Assembly: GCA_976551045.1 (NCBI GenBank)
Contig: CDPCPM010000013.1
Location: 16,802,001 to 16,866,000 of the forward strand
Direction: 5' to 3'
Source of the DNA: Glaucostegus cemiculus
Lineage: Eukaryota
Length of the DNA stretch: 64,000 nt
Shown: positions 54,372-64,000 of the stretch, in pieces
Position numbering within the stretch: the stretch's first letter is position 1
Layout of the letters: each line of letters opens with the position of its first letter
Program-made: the position numbers and the translations under genes
The notes under the pieces: model-generated
The model's database searches: none
Told to the model about the DNA's origin: nothing
The model's input: only the letters and a program-made list of their open reading frames with translations

Positions 54372-54936
54372 ACTACTCAAGTTAATCAACTCCAATATAC
54401 TATTAGTTGACAGAATTCAGTAAAGAAAAATGACATTGACAATGGAAATTTTGTTTTAAAATGTTGATCTGAAGGGTCAAAAGAATTAAAAAATCTGCTG
54501 TAGCAACATGAACCTGAATAATATGTTAACAGTGTAAGACTTGCCTACACAAATGTAGCTTGGTGAGGTTACTCTATATAATAATGCTTCTATTTGAACA
54601 GAAAGCAGGATGAATCAGATAGATGGTAACCAAAGCTTAATTTGACTGTCTAGATAGCCAGCAGGAAGCAATGGTGATTGCTGTTGACCACAAAGAAATG
54701 TCATCACAAAGTTCTAATGATCAGTTTAAGCAGATCCCTGGACTCACACAACAGTGCATCAAGCCTGCTAAAGATTAATCACAGAGAGCAAAGAACAATT
54801 TAACTTTTTAAACATTTTACAGAGTGCATGAAGATTGAAAAGTGCCCACAATCTTAGGTAGAAGCTGAAATATCATAGATCAACATTTTGAGATATTAAA
54901 ATGTGTTCATATTCCATGTATATTTGAAATAATTTT

Positions 54937-55243
54937 TTCCCAGGGCACCAGTGCTCAGTACAAGAGGGCATGGCTTTAAAGTAATGGGTGGGAAGTTCAA
55001 GGGAGATATCAGAGGGTTTTTTTTTACCCAGAGAGTGGTTGGGGCATGGAATGGGCTGCCTGGCGTGGTGGTGGAGGCAGATACATTGGTTAAATTCAAG
55101 AGATTGTTAGATAAGCATATGGAGGAATTTAAAATAGGGGGATATGTGGGAGGAAGGGGTTAGATAGTCTTAGGCAAGGTTTAAAGGTCAGCACAACATT
55201 GTGGGCCAAAGGGCCTGTATTGTGCTGTACTGTTCTATGGTTC
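54937..55243 (+). mobile_element. Young CR1 3' fragment with 7-bp TSD
   Basis: TRGHGFKV.GGKFKGD.RG.FFTQRVVGAWN.LP; tail tgttctatggttc; TSD taatttt at 54930-54936 and 55244-55250; close to the 12616-13117 copy. Confidence 0.92.
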
Positions 55244-56139
55244 TAATTTTGTAAGGGAATTACAACCCACATACATCAGCTTTACCACGTAAAATATTTT
55301 TAAAAACTATTAAAAGTGTCTTAGCAAAATATACTTCTGGAGAGACAGACTAACACAAGGGGAAAAATAAAACATTTGTAAACATAATCTAATTACTAAG
55401 TATCTTGTATTTTACACACAAAATGGATACTGCTCCAAGCATACTAGAACAAGGTAGCACTCCATTCTCACGAATGTTTAAATCATTGTCTAAATAATGA
55501 TAAATTTGGACATTATTAAATAGGTGCAAAAGGTTGCAGTTTTTTAATTTATCATTACAGTTGTTATTAAATGCCATTTTCACAACTCCTGCAATTAAAG
55601 TAGGCCACAAAACTGAAAGGAAGTTTATCCAGTTTCTGAAAGAACATGCCTGCCTGTGAATGGCAAAACATTGACGTGGAAAAGTGCGAGAAAAGTAATC
55701 AAACAGAAGCTATCTGGTCTGTGTGCTTTAGCTAAGGGGTTCAGAACTAAATAAAGCTCATGCTCTTCCAAATTGACAAGTGGTGCTTTAAAAACCTCTA
55801 GCCACTAGACCCAGCTGCTCCACCTCCATTTTGCTGGCTGTTTTTCCAAGCTCTGTGAAACCCGTCTGCCACATGTTACATTTAAATCGGACTCCCTAGT
55901 GCACTGTGGGATTTTAAATACAGCAATAAAAGAAGGTGGTGTTCCCTAGGAATGAGTGCAGGCACCACTGCTCTTTTTGATTTATTTAATCACTAACTTA
56001 TACATGGGTGAGTAGAATAACATTTCCAAATCTGTGGATCATGTAAAACTTGGAAGTGCGGCAAACAGTGAGTTTGGTAGCAGCTTGCAAGCAGACTTGC
56101 ACAGGCCGTCCAAATGTGTATACAAGTGGCAGATGATGA

Positions 56140-57088
56140 TGATGATAACGTGGTAAACTGGATCAGCAAATTTGCGGATGACACCAAGATTGGAGGTGTA
56201 GTGGACAGCAAGGAAGGCTATCAAAGCTTGCAAAGTGATCCGGGCCAGCTGGGAAAATGGGCTGAAAAACGGCAGATGGAATTTAATGCAGACGAGTGTG
56301 AGGTGATGCACCTCTGGGAGGACAAACCAAGGTAAGACTTACACAGTGAATAGTAGGGCACTGGGGTGTGCGGTAGAACAAAAGGACCTGGGAATATAGA
56401 TCCGTAAGACCTTGAAAGTGGCATCAAAGGTAGATAGCGTTGTAAAAAGAGCTGTTGGCACATTGGCCTTCATTAATCAGGGTATTGAGTACAGGAGTTG
56501 GGATGTTATGTTGAATTTGTATAAGACGTTGGTGAGGCCAAATTTAGAGTACTGTGTGTAGTTCTGGTCACCCTCCTACAGGAAAGGTAACAATAAGCTT
56601 GAAAGAGTGCATAGAAGATTTACACGGATGTTGCTGGGACTTGAGGACTTGAATTATAGGGAAAGGTTGAATAGGTGAGGAATTTATTCCCTGGAGCACA
56701 GGAGAATGAGGGGAGATCTTATAGAAGTATACAAAATTATGAGGGGTATGGATACGGTGAGTGCATGCAGGCCTTTTCCCCTCAGGCTAGGTGAGACTAG
56801 AACAAGAGGTCATAGGTTTAGGGTGAAAGATGAAATATTTAAGGGGATTCTGAGGGGGGAACTACCTCACTCGGAGGGTGGTGCGAGTGTGGAATAAGCT
56901 GTCAACTGAAGTGGTGGACGCGGGTTTAATTGGAACATTTAAGAGAAGTTTGGATAGGTACATGGATGAACGAGATGTGGAGGGCTATGGTCCGGGTGCA
57001 TGTAGATGGGACTAGGCAGATAGCCAGGCAGGCATGGACTAGATGGGCTGAAGGGCCTGTTTCTGTGCTGAGGTGCTCTATGACTCTG
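56140..57088 (+). mobile_element. Younger CR1 3' kilobase
   Basis: NWISKFADDTKIGGVVDS.EGYQSLQ...MEFNADECEVMH, RGDLIEVYKIMRG, and tail gggctgaagggcctgtttctgtgctg...ctctatgactct. Confidence 0.93.
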
Positions 57089-57317
57089 TGAAATTTACAG
57101 TCGTGAAATGTGAAGTGATACATTCTGGCTGAAACACAAACCAAATGGAAACGCAAACAACTCCAGGTGCTGGAAATATGAAACAAAATAGGAAGTGCTG
57201 GGGATAGGCAAAATGCCACCATCCTAAATAGAGTCAAGGAAGAGGGGGACCTGGGAACATTTCTGCATAAAACCTTGGAAGTGGCAAGGTATGTTGGAGA
57301 GGGTGATTAGAAAAAAA

Positions 57318-57599
57318 GTATGGTAGTGTAGCGGTTAGCGTAATGCTTTACAGCACCAGTGACCTGGGTTCAATTCCGGCCACTGTCTGTACGGAGTTTG
57401 TACATTCCCCCGGTGTCCACATGAGTTTCCTCGAGGTGCTCCAGCTTCCTCCCACGTTCCAAAAATGTACTGTTTAGGAAGTTGTGGGCATGCTATGTTG
57501 GCGCTGGAAGTGTGGCGACACTTACAGGCTGCCCCCAAAACACTACACAAAGAGATTCATTTCACTGTGTGTTTCTATGTACATGTGACTAATAAAAAC
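57318..57599 (+). mobile_element. Young V-SINE, long-tail subfamily
   Basis: ggtagtgtagcggttagcgtaatgctttacagc...catttcactgtgtgtttctatgtacatgtgactaataaa. Confidence 0.92.
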
Positions 57600-58149
57600 A
57601 GCTCTTAATAAACTGAAGGATAGAGAAAAAAAATTAAAGAATTACATTGAACCTGTACAAAACATTGGTTAGGCCAGAACTGAAGTATTGCACCCAGTCC
57701 TGGTTAACTGACTTTAGGAGAGATATTAAGGCCCTAGAGAGGATGCAGAAAAAAATAATTTAATTAATACATTAATTTAAAAAGAAACATAATTGATCTA
57801 ACAGGTGAGGGATTTCAATATTAAATCAAAAAAGCTGGGATTGTTCTCCTCAGACCAAAGAATGTCTGTGACCGTGATGGTTATGATGTTACTTGCCTCT
57901 TCTAGATGGGATGCAATTAGCAACTTTCCATTTGAAAATGGCCAGAGGTAATAAAGCTGAAGGCCTTGGGGAATGTTCAGCATTTTTAAACCTTTCACCA
58001 TCTTCATCTCCCAAGAGCCTGATGTTTTAAATTAACTGTATATAAATTCCCCAATTAACATGGTGGGGTATGAAATCATGCCACTGACATGAAACTCTTG
58101 AGCTTGTCCCAGTGATCCAGGGTTATGCACTTTTACAATGATGGAAGGA

Positions 58150-58445
58150 TGTAGAACATCCAGCGATGCAACTTGGATGAGACAAATATTTGTGGATGTA
58201 AAGAATCTTATAGTATTTTTGTATGAAGCAGGGAAGTCTCTTAGCCAAAATTTACCCATAATAAATCAGTCCAGACAAACTTTGCTCATTTATTTTATTT
58301 ACTGCTTCGTGGATCTTGCCTTTGCAAACTAGCTACCATGTCTAGCCACATAATAACAGGGAATTAACTTCCAACGTAATTCATTGGCTGTGAAGTATCT
58401 TGGGACATCTCAAGAACATAAGAGGCACTAAACAGATGATGTTCA
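58150..58445 (+). mobile_element. Deu-domain SINE relic
   Basis: ggatcttgcctttgcaaactagctacc...attcattggctgtgaagtatcttgggacatc...agaggcactaaacagatg. Confidence 0.6.
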
Positions 58446-59117
58446 TTTACTGTTGAAGTCAGTAATACAAACAGAGAGAGAGAAAGAGATTCAGACCTTG
58501 CAAGAATCTTACTAATTACCATGGTGCAAAGTTTAACTTCATTATTTTCACCAATAAACTAACCATTGCTATTCTTCAGCTGCATGACAGAAGTCAAGAG
58601 CAGGGATACTAGCTGATCTTTCCGTTCTTCAACCCAGGAGTTGAGGTCAATTTCAACTTCAAATTTTCTCAGAATCCAGAGATAAATCTGTCAAATTATA
58701 TTTTTAAGGAATTACATCAGAGCTATCTTGCTCTGGAAAGCCCATTACTCTGAAGAACAGCTTCCTGGTCTACCTGCTGAGAGTCTTGATCATGTTCAAT
58801 TGGATGATCAATTTATCAGTGTGTCTGTCTTATCACACTGAACCTCCACATTATTACAGACAACAAATTACAAAATTCAGCTGCCATTGAAACCAAATCT
58901 ACATTTTGGTCTGGAAAACTCCCTGTCATCCTTACTTGCTTAAGTATCAAACAATAACAATGCTCTCAGTCTGGCTTTCACAGATTCATCATGAATACTT
59001 CTAGGAAGGTTCTTTCTTTTTACAACATTTTTATTAAATCCACAAAGAAAATACAGAGCACATGCATCAAAAAGAGGATTAAAATACCACTGAATACATT
59101 GTGTTAAATCATACTTG

Positions 59118-59215
59118 AGATCACAATACTCTAAATTAATAATCACATGTGATAGTTAATAAAGAAAGATCACAATACTCTAAATTAATAATCACATGCG
59201 ATAGTTAATAAAGAA
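59118..59215. repeat. 49-bp tandem duplication in the L1 3' UTR (1 mismatch)
   Basis: agatcacaatactctaaattaataatcacatg(t/c)gatagttaataaagaa occurs twice. Confidence 0.95.
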
Positions 59216-60774
59216 AAAAAATGGAATAATTTTATTATAAAACAAAACCTAATCCCACTACCAAAACCAGAGCTGTTTGGTAAAAAAAAGACAAGGAAAG
59301 ACCCTTGAGACATAACAATATCAGCCAATATCTGTACTTAAAAGTCACCAAATCAAAGGTTTTGAAAATAATTCAAAAAAGGACCCACAGGGTTTGAAAG
59401 TCTAAGTTAGATTCAAGAATTGAACAAAGGATCTTCTCTAGATTCAGGTATGACATAACATCCCATAACCATTGAGCATGAGTAGGCGGAGTAACTTCCT
59501 TCCATTTAAGCAACACAGCCCTCCTGGCTATAAGAGAAATGAAAGCCAGTATGTGTAGATCAGAAGCCTCTAAAGTTATATCTTCTCTGACAATCCCAAA
59601 TAATGCAGTCAAAGGAATAAGTTTAAAATTCATTTTATAAAGCACAGAAAAAGTTTTAAACACCTCTATCCAACATTTTTTAAGACTCTGACATGTCCAA
59701 ACATGTGAAATAGAGAACCCTCTCCGTTACTGCATTTGGCACAGTAAGGAGATATATCTGAATAAAAATGGGATAATTTGTCTTTAGACAAGTGAGCTCT
59801 ATGGACCACTTTAAATTGAAGGAGAGAGTGACGGGCACATAATGACAAAGTATTAACCAATTTAAAATTTCATTCCAAGTTTCCTCAGAAATTGAAATCC
59901 GCAAGTCTTGTTCCCAGGCATTTGTAATTGTATCTAATGGAACCTTACTCATTCCTAATAACCTGTCATAAATATTAGATATTGAGCCACCATGAAAAGG
60001 CTTCAAATTAAAAATTGCATCTAGTAAATTTTTATCAGGACTCCTAGGAAAAGAATGTAGTTGAGTTTGAAGAAAATCTCTAATTTGTAAATATTGGATA
60101 AAATGAGTTTTTGGTAAACTATATTTGGTTGATAATTGTTCAAATAAAGAAAGATTTCCTCCAACAAACAGATCCCAAAAGCAAATGATACCTGATTTGT
60201 CCCACTCTTTAAAAACTACACCAGTCGAAGAAAGTTTAAAAAAAATTAGAAAAATATGGGACTAGACAAAGAAAATCTCGATAAGCCAAAATATTTTCTA
60301 AATTGCAACCAAATCCTCAAAGCGTGTTTAACTACTAAATTATCAGTTAGTTTATTTAATGATAAAGGAAGTGAAGAACCAAGCAGAGAAATAATAGAAT
60401 TTTTTTTTAAGAGTTAGCTTCCAAAGAAACCATACTGGACAAGCCTCTTGATTAATGTAATGTAACCAAATTGTAAGATTTTGTATATTGACTGCTCAGA
60501 AATATAACTTAAAATTAGCTAAGGCTAAACCTCCATTCTTTTTAACCTTCTGAAAGTGAACTTTATTTGGTCTAGGATGTTTGTTTATCCATTTGTAGGA
60601 AGATATAATTGAATGAAGAGAGGCAAAAAAGGACTTGGGAATAAAAACAGGTAAAGCCTGAAATAGGAATATGAATTTAGGTAGAATATTCATTTTAATA
60701 GAATTACTTCAGCCAATCAATGACATAGAGAGGGGTGACCAACTTGATAAAACCCTTTTCAGATAATACAGTAA

Positions 60775-60865
60775 TATGACAGGTTATTAGGAATGAGTAA
60801 GGTTCCATTAGATAAAATTAAAAATGCCTGGGAACAAGACTTGCGGATTTCAATTTCTAAGGAAA
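60775..60865 (+). repeat. Inverted copy of L1 segment 59880-59970 inserted within the same L1
   Basis: tatgacaggttattaggaatgagtaaggttccattagat...gcctgggaacaagacttgcggatttcaatttctaaggaaa is the reverse complement of 59880-59970 with 3 mismatches. Confidence 0.95.
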
Positions 60866-63689
60866 ATTTTCTTTAAATAAATGCTTATAGTTTTTAGTAA
60901 TTGATAAGCCCAAATAGGTAAAATGAATTCTTACAATTTTGAAAGGAAGGGTAATATTGAGTAGTACCAGATTATTCAAAGGAAGAAGTTCATTCTTGTG
61001 TAAATTCAATTTGTATCCTGAAAACTGACTAAAGCAGGAGGGTAAGCATAGGAGGTAATGAGGTCTTAACATTAGATATCAAGGGTAATAATTCATCAGT
61101 GTATAACAAAACTTTATGGTCAATACCTCTTCTGGAGATACCAGCAATATCTCTAGATTCTTGGAAAGAAATAGCCAAAGGTTCTAAAGCCAAATCAAAG
61201 AACAAAGGGCATCATCGTCTGGTTCCACGTTGAAGTTTAAAAGGTTTAGAATTTTGAAAGTTAGTAAGAACTTGAGCAGAAGGGGATACATGAAGTAATT
61301 TAATCCATTGGATAAAAATCGGGCCCAAAGTTAAATTACTCTAAAGTTTTAGACAAGTAATTCCATTCAAACCAATCAAAGGCCTTCTCAGTATCTAGAG
61401 ATATCATACATTTCCATATTTCCTTAGAGGGAGAATAGATAATATTCAATAAGTGATTAATATTAAAATATCAATTTTTAATAAAACCAGTCTGATCATC
61501 AGATATAATTGATGGTAAAATGTTTTCCAATCTACGAGCCAAAACTTTAGATAAAATGTTAACATTCACATTAAGTAACGACATTGGTCTGTACAAAGCA
61601 CACTCCGTTGGGTTCTTACTTTTCGTAAGAATGAGTGAAATAGAGGCTTCATAAATAGATTGAGGTAACCTACCCAATTTAAAAGAGTCTGAACAAAACA
61701 GAACAGAAATAAGGTATAAGCAAAGAGGAAAAGGCCTTATAAAATTCTCCAGGAAATCCATCAGGACTCTGAGTCTTTCCAGAACGTAAAGATCATACAA
61801 CCTCAGTGATCTCCTCATATGTAATAGATTGATCCAACTGTTTTCGGAAGAAAGTGTAGGAACGTTTAATTGGTCAAAAAAATTATTCACTACAGTGTCA
61901 TCTTTAGGAAAATTAGAACTATAAAGTTTAGAATAGAATTCTCAAAAAGTATCATTTATTTCTAAAAGATCAGTTATCCTCCCACCATTGGCTTTAAAAT
62001 TTCTTTAATTTACCATCTAGCTTTAGAGGTTTTTAATTGGTTAGCCTGTAATTTACCTGTTTTATCTCCATGAATATAAAATTAACTTTTATCTTTTAAA
62101 AGTTGACTTTCAATTGGATGTGTTAAAATTTCATATTTAGCTTTAATTTCAACTGGCCTTTTATATAAAGCTGGACCATTTTTGATCTAATAATTTCAAC
62201 TGATTAGCTAGACCGACACTCCCTCTGTTAACTTTTTTTCCTAATGCTTGCCGTATGAGAAATTATTTGTCCTCTAATAAAAGCTTTAAAAGCATAATAA
62301 GACTAGAAATCTCTTCTGACGTATTCTCTTTAAAGAAAAAGGTAATTTGTTTCTCCAGAAATTTTAAGAAGTCTTTATCAGATAACAAAGTTAGGTTAAA
62401 ATGCCAAAATCTGTTTGTCTGAGGGAGTCCAGGGAGATTTAAAGATAGAAGCACGGGATCATCAAATATTCCCTATCTTCTGGAGGTAAACATCACCAGG
62501 CATCAGTGACACCAGATTTCATTAAAAACAACTGAAGAAATAAAGCTGATTTATTAGGAGCAGCTGATTTAGTAGATGACCTATCTAGTTTTGAATCTAA
62601 CCAGCAATTAAAGTCTTCTCCTAACACCAGAGGGTAAAGATTCAAATCTGGTAGAAGTGCAAAAAATCGTGGATCATCTGTATTTGGAGCATAAATATTA
62701 GCTAATACCATTGGTCTATTATCTATTTCCACTGATACTATAACAAAGTGACCATTATTATCATCAGGTATTACCTTATGTTGATCAAATGAAACTGTCT
62801 TATCTATAAAAATTGGGACCCCCTAAATTGACCTTTTTAAATTTAACCCATTCCTTCATAACCTCAGGTGAGTAATCTTCAACAATTCTGATCTTACAGT
62901 CTTGGTAATCAATCATTCCTCTTCGACATGATTCACGAATTAGAAGCTCCTTAGTTTGAAAATCATGGAGAGATGATAACTGATCTGGGTTTGACTTGTG
63001 TAGGGAGTTTATACAATGGTGACCTGTGTGCCCAATCGACCTTAGGCAAAGATTCTAAAATATCAGGAAGTAACTGAGTCAAAAGCTTTGCAAAAAATTC
63101 CATAGGCTGATTACCTTCAGACATTTCTGTTAGACCCAGAATTTGGAGATTGCTTCTCCTGCTTCTGTTTTCTAAGTCAGTAACCTTCTGCTTTAATTTT
63201 TCCATTAACTTTGGCTTGCTTTTTACAAAGGTTCTGTAATCATCAATTTTCTCATCCAAAACCAATAGAGACGCTTCATTCACTTTAATTCATTCGGGAT
63301 TTTTTGAATAGAATCAAACTTGGAATTAAGCTGTCGAAACTGCTCGGAGGAGTCATCCATGTGACTTCGAAGCAATTGGAAACTAGATTTCCAGAGTTAC
63401 CAGATCATCTTCCTTAGTGGTTTTCATAGCTTTGGTACTCCTTGTATTCATAATGAAGTAAAATCATGTTTAAATTAGTTACTGATGATGAGAAAGAAGG
63501 ATTTCAAACTGGGTTGAAAGGGTTAGATATAGTGGTAATTAGCTGTTACTCCATTAATGGCCAGCAGAGACTCTCCGGAAGATTCTTAAAAGGAGAATAC
63601 ATGCTTAGTCTTGGCGAGAAGATAGGAAGGATAAGGGTCAATAGATTAAGTCTATTCTGTTGGCCTGCATGTTTAACTTCTGTTGGTAT

Positions 63690-63950
63690 GGTCCCTTGCA
63701 GGATTCTTGCATACCATTGCAGAAGTCAATAATTTGGAGCCAATACTTTGTGGCAGAGTTGGATGTCATCTTCATGGGCACACCTATATGGTAATTTGAT
63801 ATGTTAACAAAAATGGAACTGAAGAAATGCTTGGCTTTCAGTTATACTTGACGCATTTATGAAGCTTGATGTCCCATCACTGCAAATATTGCTTAATGAG
63901 GTTGGTGTGTGAAAATGAGCTGCATCCACTGAACATCCTGTTTCATCTGA
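63690..63950 (-). mobile_element. Possible very old RTE-like RT relic
   Basis: Minus strand shows atgaaacaggatgt (GVKQGC-like) followed by catgaagatgacatcc (YADD-like) in the expected order, but very degenerate. Confidence 0.3.
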
Positions 63951-64000
63951 AACTCACAGATGTGCAATAACTGTTCAAGCCGAATGACTGCAATGGTGCA

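Larger units (their letters stand above)
55995..58000 (+). mobile_element. Old CR1 RT/3' region split by three later insertions
   Basis: Collinear pieces: atttccaaatctgtggatcatgtaaaacttgg...aagtggcagatg (to about 56135); tgaaattt...aatgtgaagtgatacattctgg (57089-57135); ggaagagggggacctggg (57238-57317); ctgtacaaaacattggttaggccagaactgaagtattg (from about 57650). Confidence 0.7.
59008..63455 (-). mobile_element. Decayed near full-length L1-clade LINE (fish-type)
   Basis: ORF1 TDLENRSRRSNLQILGLTE...WAHRS (62963-63283); endonuclease ANIYAPN...GEDFNC (62493-62732); RT YRPMSLLN...DDQTGFIK and FSGYKLN; MNILPKFIFLFQ; C-terminal CAKC...FHMF; AATAAA plus A-rich tail at about 59010-59036. Confidence 0.93.

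Overview
This is eukaryotic genomic DNA from a cartilaginous fish. The repeat set (HER1-type CR1 LINEs, V-SINEs, Deu-domain SINE relics, Penelope-derived palindromes) points to a shark or ray, probably a batoid; that placement is inference. The window appears to lie within two very large introns of a FAT protocadherin gene, most likely FAT3, on the minus strand. The only host coding sequence I can support is one 315-bp phase 1-1 exon at 46893-47207. The rest is a layered record of transposons: a near full-length CR1 (17.1-21.2 kb), a decayed near full-length L1 (59.0-63.45 kb), a very young Rex1/Babar RT fragment with an intact frame and target-site duplication (TSD; 53.1-54.4 kb), many 5'-truncated CR1s, V-SINEs with different tails, and old L2/RTE/DeuSINE relics. 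Almost all short ORFs in the supplied track are spurious or TE-derived. I found no clear evidence of a new biological system. The most unusual structures are a ~245-bp inverted repeat pair (8.4/10.3 kb), an 85-bp inverted templated insertion inside the L1, palindromic elements with decayed hammerhead-like cores, and several nested insertions with TSDs. TE boundaries and family names are by-eye estimates; no database search was run.
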